Below the pieces are notes generated by a model. The model was not told the DNA's origin. It saw only the letters and a list, made by a program, of their open reading frames with translations, and ran no database searches. Source: a plasmid. Taken from it: a stretch of DNA of 64,000 nucleotides. Positions 24,234 to 35,897 of this stretch are shown in pieces. Each line of letters begins with the position of its first letter. Positions within the stretch are counted from its first letter, which is position 1. The DNA lies in the sequence record NZ_CP029448.1. One strand, given 5' to 3'. A program made the translations under genes and the position numbers.

Positions 24234-25508
24234 CTAATCCTGCCCCGGCCGTGCCGGATGGATTTGACGCAGTATTGTTGTTGCCTGCCATCCCGTAAAC
24301 CCGAAGGTATCGGCCAGTTCGCCGGGCAGTGACGCGGCCAGGCGCGGCAGTTCGTCCGGGGATTCATTGTGAAAGACAAAACTGACCCCCTCATCCCTGA
24401 TGCGCGACATCAACATTGCAATAAGCCGGTGCGGTCCCTCATGGCTGGCGTATTCCGTGACCTTTTCAGTAAACCGCCGGGGATTGCTGCAGCTGATACC
24501 CCGGTCGGCCAGGAACGCCAGAAAGCGCTGCAGGAAACCGGGGAGATCCCTGGCGGTCAGGGCGGGTTTCAGCACCGCTTCTGCCTGGACCTGTGTGAAG
24601 CCAAACGCCGCCGCCAGCTCAGGGGAAAAGTCCGGCGTGTCAGCGCTGGCCTCAAAAATGACACCATCGTTTATGGCCTGCTGCATGTCCGGGGGCATAT
24701 TCCCGATCATATTTTCACGCACGCCCCATGCACGGCCGGCGCTTTCGGTCAGTCTCTGCGGATCGCTGCAGCTGACGCCCCGCTCCGCCAGGAACGTCAG
24801 GAAACGCTGCAGGACGGCGGCACCGATCTTGCCGGAGACGGGCGCTTCCCCGGAGGGATAGAAGACCCTGACGTTGGTGTTATCCAGTAAGGCCTGTTCA
24901 GCGCCGGCGCCGGACCCGGTGCTTTTTCCGCTCCGCCAGGCCGTATTATTTCGACTGACGATGGCAGGATCGACATGTTCGCTGTCCACGATGCTGTTAA
25001 TGAACGTCACTGACTGTTCTTCGCTGAAATCAAAGTCGCGCTGTAACAGGGACAGCAGCCTGTCATGCCAGTCATCTTTCACGCGACTGGCGGCATTAAC
25101 CATGAACGTGACGTTCAGTACACCGGCCAGTAAACAGGCAGCCTGGTCGGCCACATACAGGCTGAAGTACTCCAGTACCGCCTGTTCAAATGCAGCGGGA
25201 TCGCAGCAGACCACTTCCACAGCTCCCAGCGACTGCAGAAACCGCCGGGTGTTTTCGGTCACAGCGTCGGCGGGATTGAGGGCGATGGCGCGGCCGCGCT
25301 GTGACTGGATGTCAAATGTGACGATACGCTCCGTGACGGGCATCCGGCCGTGATCGGCGATGAAGCGGTAAAGCTGCTCCACCGCTTCCGTGGCGGTCAT
25401 CCCCATTGCCTCCAGACGCAGTTCGGCGCGTTTCTTCAGCTGCTCATCGAGACGCACGGTCAGCTGGGCGTTTTTGGCCCGCTTTTTACGTTCAAAAAAA
25501 CCGGTCAT
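24234..25508 (-). CDS. RHH (RelB/DinJ-like) N-terminal domain protein with two about 100-aa internal repeats
   Basis: N-terminus QLTVRLDEQLKKRAELRLEAMGMTATEAVEQLYRFIADHGRMPV, then repeats containing LQRFL[TA]FLA[ED]RG[VI]SCS[DN]P[QR]R[LF]TE. 424 aa. Confidence 0.45.
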   Translation of the reverse strand: MTGFFERKKRAKNAQLTVRLDEQLKKRAELRLEAMGMTATEAVEQLYRFIADHGRMPVTERIVTFDIQSQRGRAIALNPADAVTENTRRFLQSLGAVEVVCCDPAAFEQAVLEYFSLYVADQAACLLAGVLNVTFMVNAASRVKDDWHDRLLSLLQRDFDFSEEQSVTFINSIVDSEHVDPAIVSRNNTAWRSGKSTGSGAGAEQALLDNTNVRVFYPSGEAPVSGKIGAAVLQRFLTFLAERGVSCSDPQRLTESAGRAWGVRENMIGNMPPDMQQAINDGVIFEASADTPDFSPELAAAFGFTQVQAEAVLKPALTARDLPGFLQRFLAFLADRGISCSNPRRFTEKVTEYASHEGPHRLIAMLMSRIRDEGVSFVFHNESPDELPRLAASLPGELADTFGFTGWQATTILRQIHPARPGQD

Positions 25509-25988
25509 GCTCCTTCCTTTTTGTACAGTCATCTGGCTTTACATAATGTACAGCCATTTGTACCGCACTTTTGCGCACGGGACCACATTTTTTCGCCGTT
25601 GCGGTTTAGCGGTAGTCCCGGATCTGCTTTCCGGCCTCCGGCGCGCTGCGGCCCGGCAACACAAGATGTAGCGGTGTTCTCAGCTGGCTGTGACGCTATA
25701 TGTTGTGTCCTTCCCCTGCCCCGTGACCGGCCGCTCACCACCATAAAAGGGCGATATGGTTATTTCGTGTGCGTGGTACACTTCCGGAAATCCGTTAAAT
25801 TATAGAAAGTCGGATCAGGTGAAAACGGGGACCCGGTAATTTAACTACGTGGTTATATGGCTGCTTGTTATCAGGTGAGAAATAATCACGGCTTGGAAAA
25901 TAATCCTTCATGATGATGAGAAGAGTTAATGTCGTGAAACTGGTTGTGGCGAGTGACTATTTGTCAGCTAAACACAAAGGAGTTCAGA

Positions 25989-26351
25989 ATGGGACGTTCA
26001 ATACCGGTGAAGATTGGTCAGAAGGAATTTGCATCAAAACAGAAAGCCCGCGGCTATTACATGGATCAACGACCTGACGTGAAAGCTGTCGGGATCATTT
26101 CAGAAGGTGACTATTTTGAAGAGCTGAAGGAACTGTTCACCCTCTATTGTGACAGTTGTCCGGGCTGGGAACTGAACGGTCGTCTGATTAAACATTTTAC
26201 GGTTCAGAATGAACCTCGTTTTACGAATGGCCGCTGGGTGTCACATCCCTGCTATAAGGTCCAGCTGAGCAACGGTGAGCTGAGACCGTTTTCGGTTGAA
26301 AAGGCAATAGACGCCATCGTAAAAGCAGCTGCAGCTGATCAACAGAAATAG
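25989..26351 (+). CDS. hypothetical protein
   Basis: 121-aa ORF. 18 bp upstream of the next gene, so probably the same operon. Confidence 0.4.
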   Translation: MGRSIPVKIGQKEFASKQKARGYYMDQRPDVKAVGIISEGDYFEELKELFTLYCDSCPGWELNGRLIKHFTVQNEPRFTNGRWVSHPCYKVQLSNGELRPFSVEKAIDAIVKAAAADQQK

Positions 26352-26368
26352 AAGGCGGGATTTCTCAT

Positions 26369-27178
26369 ATGAAAGACATGATGATTGATATTGAAGCGGA
26401 ACGATTTAATGAATGGCTTGAGGAAAATTACCCGGATATTGTCCCTGAGTCTGAAGCATGGGAGGAGGCCGCGAACCTGTATTACTGGGAGCAGGAGGCG
26501 CTTGCTGATCAGGCTCAGTGGGATCATGAACATGGACTGTTCGTGGTTTCCCTGAACGATGTTCATCAGCGTCACCGGCACGCAAGACAGGAGCTGCAGA
26601 AGCTACATGCCCTGCTCGACAGAGAGCAGCCAGAACTGGTGTACAGGATGTCTTTCGTCCATGCAGTGACTGTCATGGAAGCATACCTGATGTACTGCGC
26701 CAGGGCTCTGCTGGAACATGACTGGCCTCTTAAACGCTTCAGGGATGAATATTACCTGAATTCAGAACGCGTCAAAAAAAACAAAAAGCAGTCTTTGCGT
26801 GAGATGGAACTTGATATGTTCAGGCCCGCCGCACGCAATTATGTTTCCCGAATGACGTTTCATAACGTTAAAACCATTGAGCGCTATTTCAGCGCCGTGC
26901 TGCATACTCCGCCCGTCTGGCCGGTTAAGCCGCTGGACATTATTGCAGACTGGCGAAACGACCTTGTGCACCGTAACGGGGTGGATGAGCATGATGTGCC
27001 AAGAGGTATATCAGCGCAGCAGCTACAGAATGCTCTTCAGAGAGTGTCTGACCTTATAGAGGCAGCACACCGTTCCCTGTGCCAGGAGGTGGACTATTTC
27101 GGAAACTGGCGTAGTGAGGAAAACCGGGAAATCATTGCTTCAGCGCTGAACATATCAACAGACAGAGATGTATCCTGA
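26369..27178 (+). CDS. hypothetical protein with a HEPN-type Rx4H motif
   Basis: C-terminal IADWRNDLVHRNG fits the HEPN R-x4-H signature. 269 aa. Confidence 0.4.
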   Translation: MKDMMIDIEAERFNEWLEENYPDIVPESEAWEEAANLYYWEQEALADQAQWDHEHGLFVVSLNDVHQRHRHARQELQKLHALLDREQPELVYRMSFVHAVTVMEAYLMYCARALLEHDWPLKRFRDEYYLNSERVKKNKKQSLREMELDMFRPAARNYVSRMTFHNVKTIERYFSAVLHTPPVWPVKPLDIIADWRNDLVHRNGVDEHDVPRGISAQQLQNALQRVSDLIEAAHRSLCQEVDYFGNWRSEENREIIASALNISTDRDVS

Positions 27179-27742
27179 TAACTGGAATCATTATACTCGT
27201 ACTGCAGACAGTCTCGGTTGCTCAGTAGCCGGTGGTCATCGATTACCCTGCCGTGCTGGCGGTGGAAGTGAGCTTACTACGGCCCGGATCTTTAGCACAA
27301 AATGCTGCTGTCGAAGCTCTGGAACACTGGTGCGCGCATTAACCAGGCGCTGAGCGATAGGCCAAGAGTGCCAATTTTGCCCGTCAGTTTTCCCGTAACT
27401 ATGCTCTTTCTAACGTAACTCTTTACACCATTTGTAAGAAGTTCAATGAAGTCGCTAAAGAAAAATGGTTTGAGCCGCTTGAAGAAGAGACGCACGTTTC
27501 TGAATACGAATAGCAGAAGCCATACTGAAGCATGAACGTTCGAGATGATATTGAGCTGAAAATATTGACGACAAAGAACAAGCGAGAAGCAGTTATCCTA
27601 ATAGTTGCAACTATTAATAAAAATTGAAACACTCAATACTTTTATTCTATGATCTCCATCGCAATTTCTATCAATTTAAATACAATTATCAAAAATCAAT
27701 TATAATGTAATAATAAAACCAATTAATAGCGTTGAGGAAATT

Positions 27743-29415
27743 ATGAGCATAAACCCTATAATAATAAGGCAAAATTTTAAAATCGGCGAATTGGACGCTG
27801 AATCAGACACACTTCTCTTGGAAAACTGTTTTATTGATAGTGGTTATCTTTCTAAACTATTAAACCCATCTGATACATCATCTATAGTTATAGGAAGAAC
27901 AGGCGCAGGAAAAAGTGCTTTGTTGCACATGGTGGCAAACAAAGCACATAAATATAAAAAACTTGACCCTAATGATATTTCAATAGGTTTTCTAGAGCAT
28001 TCAGATATAATTTCATTTTTTGAAGAGTTAAATGTTAATCTTGATATGTTTTATAAAGTATTATGGCGACATATTTTAATTATGGAATTATTAAAAATAC
28101 GCCATGACATTAAGAGTGAATCTGATACGAATAGCTTTTTCTCAAACTTGCTTAGCAGGCTAAAAAAGATGAGATAAAACGAAAAGCCCTTGAGTATTTT
28201 AGGGAGTGGGGAGATAAATTTTGGATAGATACTGACACCCATCTTAGGGAAATAACATACAAACTGGAACGTGATACTAAGGCTTCGATTGGCACAGAAT
28301 ACAGTGCTGTAAATCTTAGTGCTGAATATGCAAAAAAACTAACCGAAGAACAAATACATGATGTTAAGAAACGAGCAAATGAGGTTGTCAGTAGGTTACA
28401 GATTCAAAAACTTAATGAAATACTTTCATTGCTTGCTGAATATTCTTTTGATGACCCACAAAAAAACTATTACATCATTATTGATCAACTGGATGATAAC
28501 TGGGCGGAAAATGATACAAGATATAAATTTATAAGAGCGCTAATTGAAGAGATTAAGGTGTTTCGTAAAATTAAAAATATCAAAATAATAGCTGCTTTAC
28601 GCCTGGACCTTTTACGATCAGTATTTAATATTACAAGAGGCTCTGGTTTTCAGGAGGAAAAATATGAGTCATATATACTTGATATAAAATGGACCTCTCA
28701 ACAACTAACCGAATTAGTCCAAAAACGAGTGCGAGAGGTATACAAAAGACAATATACTCGAGAAGATGTTACTATTAAAGATATATTTCCAAAAGCAAAG
28801 GGGGGGCATTTAGGCATCACCCCTATTGAATATATAATTGAAAGAACATTATTTCGACCAAGAGACGTTTTACAATACGTGAATGAGTGTTTTAATGTGG
28901 CACTTAACAGAGAAAGAATATCATGGGATTCAATTCATAAAGCGGAGGCAGTCTATTCCTTAAAGCGCCTGAGATCTCTAAAAGAAGAATGGGGGGATAT
29001 ATACCCTTCCTTTGAGGAAACAATTGAAATACTGAGAAATCTTCCTGATAAATTTAGTAGAACATCTATGTCAAAAAACACTATAGACGCGGTATTAAGT
29101 GAATTATCCATTCAAAATACTACTGATCCATGTGCTATTACAGCAAACAAATTTTTAGAAGGAGAATCAAGAGAACAGGATGTCATTAATGAAATAATGC
29201 TTTGTCTTTATACAGTTGGAATTGTAGGTTTCAAGATTAGTAGCCTGACACCTTACAAATGGGCATTCAGAGACAGTACACCAACAACAAAAAATGAAAT
29301 CAAACGTGCCAGTCTGATGAAAATTCATAAGATGCTCCATTCAGCTCTAGATATAAGAATAATTACTGGAAATCGCTATGAACGCGATGATGAGGAAGAT
29401 ATTGAGTGTTCTTAA
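27743..29415 (+). pseudogene. STAND/KAP-like P-loop NTPase, split by a -1 frameshift at an A6 run (28162-28167)
   Basis: Walker A IVIGRTGAGKSALL. Walker B YYIIIDQLDDNW, about 215 aa downstream of Walker A in the fused reading. A stop in frame 1 (28175) is followed by a long open frame opening at 28156. Together about 556 aa. Very AT-rich. Confidence 0.55.
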
Positions 29416-29639
29416 TTATATTATCTTTTGGTTTATAACATTTTTTGCCAGAAACAAGGATTATTCCCACACACACTAAGAAACTTTACTTTGAAGATGG
29501 ACGGATGACAGCAGGAGCCGTCCTCTTTTCTGTTACTTACATCCTGACATTCCTCCATTTATCCCAAATATTCAGTACTGGACGCACCTTTGAGTATCAT
29601 TCAAACTGATTGTAAGATTTAAACTTACAATCGTGAGGC

Positions 29640-29912
29640 TTGTATATCGCCAGAACAATAACAGTGGATCTCGGACACGAACTCCGTGACTTCATAGAAT
29701 ATCTCATTGAATCAGGTGATTATCGTACGCAGAGTGAGGTGATCCGCGAGTCACTTCGTCTCCTTCGCGAGAAACAGGCAGAATCACGTCTCCAGACCCT
29801 GCGGAATTTACTGGCAGAAGGCCTGAGCAGCGGCGAGCCTGTGGTGTGGGAAAAGGACACGTTCCTGAAAAAAGTTAAAGCAGGCACAAAGCCTGCCGGT
29901 GAAAAACGTTAA
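29640..29912 (+). CDS. parD: ParD-family (COG3609, RHH) antitoxin
   Basis: ARTITVDLGHELRDFIEYLIESGDYRTQSEVIRESLRLLREKQAESRLQTLRNLL. Confidence 0.7.
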   Translation: MYIARTITVDLGHELRDFIEYLIESGDYRTQSEVIRESLRLLREKQAESRLQTLRNLLAEGLSSGEPVVWEKDTFLKKVKAGTKPAGEKR

Positions 29913-30185
29913 ACTCACACCTAAAGCCAGTCAGGATCTTGAGGATATCTGGTATTACGGCTACCACCATTTTCGGTGAGGAGAGGGCCGACAGATATAT
30001 TAATCAGCTCTCCGCTTTTTTTTTGTTTTGGAGTGCTCATAATATCGGTACTCCCCGTCCTGAACTGGGGGAATACATATTGGCACTACCCGTTGAATGA
30101 CATATGCTTTATTTTCTGCAGACTGATACTGAAATTATTATTATCCGTATATTAAGTCAGCATCAGGATGCCGGCCGTCATCTCA
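29909..30185 (+). pseudogene. ParE-family toxin remnant (frameshift at a T-run near 30011-30021 and an internal stop)
   Basis: Fragments LTPKASQDLEDIWYYGYHHFGEERADRYINQLSAFF and FLQTDTEIIIIRILSQHQD in different frames. Confidence 0.5.
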
Positions 30186-30560
30186 ACTGGGCAGTAGTCG
30201 GCAACCACATTGCGCTGCGTGAAAACTGACAGGGTTACAGGGGTGTACCAGGTCAGAATTCACGTAGCGCATCCTCCCCTTCCCTGCTCCCTTCCTTTTT
30301 TTGTTCGATCCTGTTTGTCCTGGCATTACCCCAATTCTCCCAAAAACCGTAAAACAGCCATGAACCCGCGTCATTACTGGCTTCATGGAGGATCTGAGCA
30401 GAAAAACGATCCTTTACGTATTTGGTTTTACCCGCAATAATGCGGGATAAGACAACAAAAGGATCCGCGCGCTGCGATTTATTGTCATGGCAGGATCGGC
30501 CCGTCAGGTGCAAAATACCTGTATCCATAAACAGTGCGTGCGCTACGTGAAAAATAACTC

Positions 30561-31301
30561 ATGAACAGCATCATTTCCTTGCAGAATTCACCAGAACGCG
30601 TCTCCCTGCTGCCGATCGCCCCGGGCGTTGATTTTGCGACCGCGGTGGCACTCCGGCGGATGGCCACCTCAACAGGTGCCACGCCGGCTTACCTCCTGGC
30701 GCCGGAAGTGAGCGCCCTCCTCTGGTATATGCCTGACCAGCGTCACCACATGTTGTTCGCCACCATGTGGAATACCGGGATCCGTATCGGTGAAGCCCGG
30801 ACGCTCACCCCGGAATCGTTCGACCTGGATGGTCTGCGCCCGTTTGTTAGGGTGCTGTCGGAGAAAGTGCGCGCGCGGCGCGGGCGGCCACCAAAAGATG
30901 AAGTGCGACTGGTGCCGCTGACGGATGCCAGTTTTGTGCGTCAGATGGAAAGCTGGATGGTCACCACCCGCCCCCGCCGGCGTGAGCCGTTATGGCCGGT
31001 CACGGATGAGACAATGCGCAACTGGCTGAAACAGGCGGTGAAGCGGGCTGAAGCTGACGGCGTGCATTTTTCGATCCCCGTGACGCCGCATACTTTCCGT
31101 CACAGCTATATTATGCACATGCTTTATCACCGGCAGCCCAGGAAGGTCATCCAGGCACTGGCCGGGCATAAGGATCCGCGCTCGATGGAAGTCTATACCC
31201 GGGTATTTGCGCTGGACATGGCTGCCACCCTGGCCGTTCCCTTTACCGGTGATGGGCGAGATGCCGCGGAGATCCTTCGCTCCCTGCCCCCGGCCGGCTG
31301 A
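30561..31301 (+). CDS. tyrosine recombinase (plasmid resolvase/integrase, RepFIB int-like)
   Basis: C-terminal HTFRHSY...LAGH...Y catalytic pattern. Adjacent to the RepFIB replicon. Confidence 0.75.
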   Translation: MNSIISLQNSPERVSLLPIAPGVDFATAVALRRMATSTGATPAYLLAPEVSALLWYMPDQRHHMLFATMWNTGIRIGEARTLTPESFDLDGLRPFVRVLSEKVRARRGRPPKDEVRLVPLTDASFVRQMESWMVTTRPRRREPLWPVTDETMRNWLKQAVKRAEADGVHFSIPVTPHTFRHSYIMHMLYHRQPRKVIQALAGHKDPRSMEVYTRVFALDMAATLAVPFTGDGRDAAEILRSLPPAG

Positions 31302-31794
31302 GATTGACGGCCCTGGCATGACGTCCTGTATTCCGCTAATACGAAATACAGGAGCAGAGCGCATTCAGTGCCCCTCCCTGCTCCAGCACACCAGGACATC
31401 ATTCGGATGACTGAACAGCCGTGGTCTTGCACGGTGACCTGCAAGCCTGCAGGCATCGACATACCGCAGACAAGACAGGACACAGGCCGTACATCCCACA
31501 GTGTATTGTTTCCTGAAAGCTCAGTGAATCATCCCGTTAATTGCGAAAGTCATTCACCCCTGTGGCTCACTCCCTTCTGCCATCGGTCTCCTGTTCGCAT
31601 TTAGCAGTGTGAAGCTGGCGCCGGGTTATACAGACAGCTGCAGTCTCATCCTGCCGGGCTAAACCTGCAATACACAGGGGAACGGATACCGTCAGGTAAC
31701 ATGACCGTCTCAGCATCCGATTGAGATTTTCGTAAGGGGTATAGAGCTTTACTGAAAAATTGACTGTGGCATGTTAACACGTGTGGAGCAGTGC

Positions 31795-31995
31795 ACAGAC
31801 CTGGGAATATCGCCGTTAAACCCGCATACCGTAGTCAATATCTGCGTATCACGGCCTGAAATCACATATGACAGTCAATATTGTTCGATCATGGCAGACA
31901 TGATGGAGAACACATATTGACTGCGGTATGCGTGATGCATATCACAGTCAATGGAATGTCCTTAGCGGCATCCGGCAGTCATGTTATGCATATCG
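31795..31995. repeat. RepFIB iterons (downstream set)
   Basis: Repeated motifs of the ATGCATATCRCAGTCAAT / TGACTGCGGTATGC type. Confidence 0.6.
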
Positions 31996-31998
31996 CAG

Positions 31999-33021
31999 TC
32001 AATTTTCTGGCTTCATCGCTGAGAGAGCTTCGGCCAGTTTAAGGGGATCGATGCCAGCAGCCTTCAGCGCCTTAATGACTTCGTCATAATTTTGCTCTGG
32101 CGCCTTCTCTTCTTCCTCTTTGCGCGGAACCTTCACAGGACCACTGATGAGTTTGGGGTTGCGATAATGCACGCTGAAATAGGTGGCTCGGCCACGTTTA
32201 AACTCAGTGTAATCCAGATAACCAATATCCCGCAGCTGCTCCATCGCCTTACGTACCGTGTGGTTCTGCGTATAGACATTTGAGGTGAGATTCAGCCGGT
32301 CACGCATCCGTTTCATGGAAATAGGTGCAGGATTCTGGGGAAGACTTTCGATGTAGGTATAAAGCGCCTGGGCTGATTCCTTGCGCTGCAGGGCGTCAAT
32401 GGCTTTCAGCCGCAGCAGTACCCTTCTGTCCATGTGGTAAAGCTCAAACAGCTTAGGTTCAGCCTTGATCTCAACGATATCCTCGTTGATGTCATAATAG
32501 GCTGACTGCACCAGATGTGTGGTCCATCCTTTGGTCTCGCTCTGGAACTTCAGCGTAACCGAGGCGAGTTTAAACAGGGAATTACTGATGCGATCGCGCA
32601 TTTTTTTGTTTGAACGACGGGAGTCAAATCCGCACATCTTAACGAATTCGACGAACGACAGTTCCAGGGTGTCACTTTTTACCCCATACTCCGACATGGA
32701 GCGAATTATCCCCAGCCAGACTTTAAAATCCGTGTCCATATCAAGACGCGAACCGGTGATCTTAACGTCAGTGTATCCTTCGCTTTTGGCAATGGACAGC
32801 TGTACAAGCTCCTCAGTCGCGTCTGTAACGTTTTTCCGGTTCGCCTTGCTCTTCCCTGTTGATTTCAGAGTTGGGACGAAGAGACCGAGTCTCATGAGCG
32901 CTACTGGCTGCACGGTACTGGTGCTGTTGACATCCAGCTTAACAACTTCACCGGTTGTCTTATCAACCTCCTGAAGGTTCAGAAGTAAGCTGTTATTTTC
33001 GCTCGTCATCTTGATCCTCAA
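31999..33021 (-). CDS. repA: RepFIB replication initiator RepA (RepB of F)
   Basis: 340-aa Rep_3-type initiator flanked by iterons. Alternative start MTSENN at 33009. Confidence 0.85.
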   Translation of the reverse strand: MRIKMTSENNSLLLNLQEVDKTTGEVVKLDVNSTSTVQPVALMRLGLFVPTLKSTGKSKANRKNVTDATEELVQLSIAKSEGYTDVKITGSRLDMDTDFKVWLGIIRSMSEYGVKSDTLELSFVEFVKMCGFDSRRSNKKMRDRISNSLFKLASVTLKFQSETKGWTTHLVQSAYYDINEDIVEIKAEPKLFELYHMDRRVLLRLKAIDALQRKESAQALYTYIESLPQNPAPISMKRMRDRLNLTSNVYTQNHTVRKAMEQLRDIGYLDYTEFKRGRATYFSVHYRNPKLISGPVKVPRKEEEEKAPEQNYDEVIKALKAAGIDPLKLAEALSAMKPEN

Positions 33022-33024
33022 CGG

Positions 33025-33615
33025 TTATCCACAAAAGGATGTAGTAATACGTATCGCAGTCAACGGATATACATACCTCAGTAAATACCGTTGCATATCA
33101 CAGTATTAGATTATGCATATAACAGTCAACATTTTACATTCCACAGTCGATCCAGACAGACGTTAAAGCCAGTTACAGCGCATGCTGGAGCGATCCGGGG
33201 ATCTCTTTTGGATCTCATTATGATCTCCTTGGGATCAATTATTGGATCGAGACCATGAATAACCCAGATACAAGCCCGGAAGCGCCACGCCAGATATCCA
33301 GAACCCTGGCCTTATTTTCCTGAATACGCTCTGGAAGATTGAGATCTACAGGTACAACAATGAAACATTGACTGCGGTATGCTGAGTCGTCTTTCCTCTT
33401 CCTCGACACAGATGCGGTAAGCATCATACCATAGTCAATATATTACATACCGCAGTCAATTTCATTATAACTGGCTGATCCCGAGCCATCTTTAGCAACC
33501 CGACGTACGTGCAATCTGTGAATTCTGTGATTTTCCGCTTCCTCGCCGCTTTCTCACTGTGTGAGATCGCTTACTGCGGCGAGCGGCAGTGATTAATATT
33601 GACTGCGGTATGTAC
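33025..33615. repeat. RepFIB iterons (upstream set, interspersed)
   Basis: Multiple copies of the same iteron motif at about 33040, 33085, 33380, 33430, 33450 and 33595. Confidence 0.55.
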
Positions 33616-33750
33616 TCTTTTGTAATCCCCTGCGTTCTTTCATTACCCAATGTGGTTCACTTTGCACTTTTTCGTGCACTTTGCGATTTTATTGTTGCTT
33701 TGCAATAAATTCCAAGATTTAATAAAATAATGCAAAGTGATGATTAAAGG

Positions 33751-34926
33751 ATGTTCAGTATGGGACTCATGGATACACTCAACCAGTGCATAAGTGCTGG
33801 TCATGAAATGACGAAAGCAATCGCCATTGCACAGTTTAATGATGACAGTCCGGAAGCCCGGAAAATAACCCGGCGCTGGAGGATTGGTGAAGCGGCAGAT
33901 TTAGTTGGCGTGTCATCTCAGGCTATCAGGGATGCCGAGAAAGCTGGCCGGCTGCCGCACCCTGATATGGAAACCCGTGGGAGAGTTGAGCAACGCGTTG
34001 GTTATACCATCGAACAAATCAATCACATGCGGGATGTATTTGGTACACGACTGCGCCGTGCTGAAGATGCGTTTCCGCCGGTGATTGGCGTTGCAGCTCA
34101 CAAAGGTGGTGTTTACAAAACCTCAGTATCCGTTCACCTGGCTCAGGATCTTGCTCTGAAAGGACTCCGTGTTCTGCTTGTTGAAGGCAATGACCCACAG
34201 GGAACTGCTTCTATGTATCACGGATGGGTGCCCGATCTTCATATTCATGCTGAGGACACTCTCCTGCCCTTTTATCTTGGGGAAAAGGATGACGCCAGCT
34301 ACGCTATAAAGCCCACCTGCTGGCCTGGCCTTGATATCATCCCGTCCTGTCTGGCACTGCACCGCATTGAAACCGAGCTGATGGGGAAATTTGACGAAGG
34401 CAAATTACCTGCTGACCCGCACCTGATGCTCCGTCTGGCCATTGAAACTGTCGCTCATGATTATGACGTGATAGTTATCGACAGCGCACCCAACCTTGGT
34501 ATCGGTACGATAAATGTTGTATGCGCTGCTGATGTTCTGATTGTCCCTACTCCGGCAGAGCTGTTCGACTACACCTCCGCACTGCAGTTTTTCGATATGC
34601 TTCGTGACCTGCTTAAGAACGTGGATCTTAAAGGCTTCGAGCCAGATGTCCGTATTCTGCTTACCAAATACAGTAATAATAATGGCTCGCAGTCCCCGTG
34701 GATGGAAGAACAAATTCGGGATGCCTGGGGAAGCATGGTCCTTAAAAATGTTGTGCGCGAAACGGATGAAGTCGGCAAAGGTCAGATCCGTATGAGAACC
34801 GTTTTTGAACAGGCTATTGATCAACGTTCTTCAACCGGTGCCTGGCGTAATGCCCTCTCTATCTGGGAGCCTGTTTGCAATGAGATTTTTGATCGTCTGA
34901 TTAAACCACGCTGGGAGATTAGATAA
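33751..34926 (+). CDS. sopA: partition ATPase SopA (ParA)
   Basis: Near-identical to F SopA ([43 protein letters not shown]..., Walker A KGGVYKTS). Confidence 0.95.
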   Translation: MFSMGLMDTLNQCISAGHEMTKAIAIAQFNDDSPEARKITRRWRIGEAADLVGVSSQAIRDAEKAGRLPHPDMETRGRVEQRVGYTIEQINHMRDVFGTRLRRAEDAFPPVIGVAAHKGGVYKTSVSVHLAQDLALKGLRVLLVEGNDPQGTASMYHGWVPDLHIHAEDTLLPFYLGEKDDASYAIKPTCWPGLDIIPSCLALHRIETELMGKFDEGKLPADPHLMLRLAIETVAHDYDVIVIDSAPNLGIGTINVVCAADVLIVPTPAELFDYTSALQFFDMLRDLLKNVDLKGFEPDVRILLTKYSNNNGSQSPWMEEQIRDAWGSMVLKNVVRETDEVGKGQIRMRTVFEQAIDQRSSTGAWRNALSIWEPVCNEIFDRLIKPRWEIR

Positions 34927-35897
34927 TGAAGCGTGCTCCTGTCATTCCAAGACATACCACACATACTCAATCGACTGAAGATACTTCATCACCGGCGCCG
35001 GCCGCGCCGATGGTGGATTCATTAATTGCGCGCGTGGGTGCTATGGCCCGCGGTAATGCAATCTCTCTTCCGGTAAGTGGACGGGAAGTAAAATTTACCC
35101 TTGAGGTGCTCCGGGGAGACTCTGTTGAGAGCGCTTCACGCGTATGGTCAGGCAATGAGCGCGATCAGGAACTACTTACCGAAGATGCTCTGGATGATCT
35201 CATTCCTTCATTTTTACTGACCGGTCAGCAGACTCCAGCTTTCGGCCGCCGGGTTTCTGATGTCATAGAAATTGCAGACGGCAGCCGTCGCCGTAAAGCC
35301 GCAATCCTGACGGAAAGTGATTATCGCGTTCTGGTTGGTGAACTGGACGATGAGCAGATGGCTGCATTGTCCCGACTGGGTAACGATTATCGGCCGACGA
35401 GTGCTTATGAACGTGGCCTGCGTTATACAAGCCGGCTGCAGAATGAGTTTGCAGGAAATATTTCTGCGCTTGCCGATGCGGAAAACATTTCTCGTAAGAT
35501 CATTACCCGCTGTATTAATACGGCCAAACTGCCTAAATCCGTTGTTGCCCTGTTTGCACATCCTGGAGAACTGTCTGCCCGGTCAGGTGAAGCCCTTCAG
35601 AAGGCTTTTGCAGATAAAGAAGAATTACTGAAGCAGCAGGCTGAGACTCTCCACGATCAGAAGAAAGCGGGACTAATCTTTGAAGCTGAAGAGGTCATTA
35701 GTCTTTTAACATCCGTACTGAAACAATCTCCCGCATCAAGAGTTAATCTGAGCTCACGTCATCAGTTTGCTCCAGGGGCAACAGCATTGTATAAGGGCGA
35801 TAAAATGGTGCTTAACCTGGATAAGTCCCGCATTCCTGCGGAGTGTATAGAGAAAATAGAAGCCATTCTTAAGGAGCTTGAGAAACCAGGAGTCTGA
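34926..35897 (+). CDS. sopB: partition protein SopB (ParB)
   Basis: Near-identical to F SopB. Confidence 0.95.
   Translation: MKRAPVIPRHTTHTQSTEDTSSPAPAAPMVDSLIARVGAMARGNAISLPVSGREVKFTLEVLRGDSVESASRVWSGNERDQELLTEDALDDLIPSFLLTGQQTPAFGRRVSDVIEIADGSRRRKAAILTESDYRVLVGELDDEQMAALSRLGNDYRPTSAYERGLRYTSRLQNEFAGNISALADAENISRKIITRCINTAKLPKSVVALFAHPGELSARSGEALQKAFADKEELLKQQAETLHDQKKAGLIFEAEEVISLLTSVLKQSPASRVNLSSRHQFAPGATALYKGDKMVLNLDKSRIPAECIEKIEAILKELEKPGV

Noticed and set aside
23445-25353. Plus-strand ORFs 23512-23925, 23642-24202, 24369-24890, 24400-24861 and 24874-25353.
   Set aside because: They are antisense to the minus-strand high-GC genes. Arg/Pro-rich translations are typical of GC-rich antisense frames.
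27300-27515. Short open frame ending ...ANFARQFSRNYALSNVTLYTICKKFNEVAKEKWFEPLEEETHVSEYE*, about 50 aa after an in-frame stop.
   Set aside because: It is protein-like and may be the C-terminal remnant of a deleted gene upstream of the NTPase island. It is too short, with no start and no identifiable family, to call.
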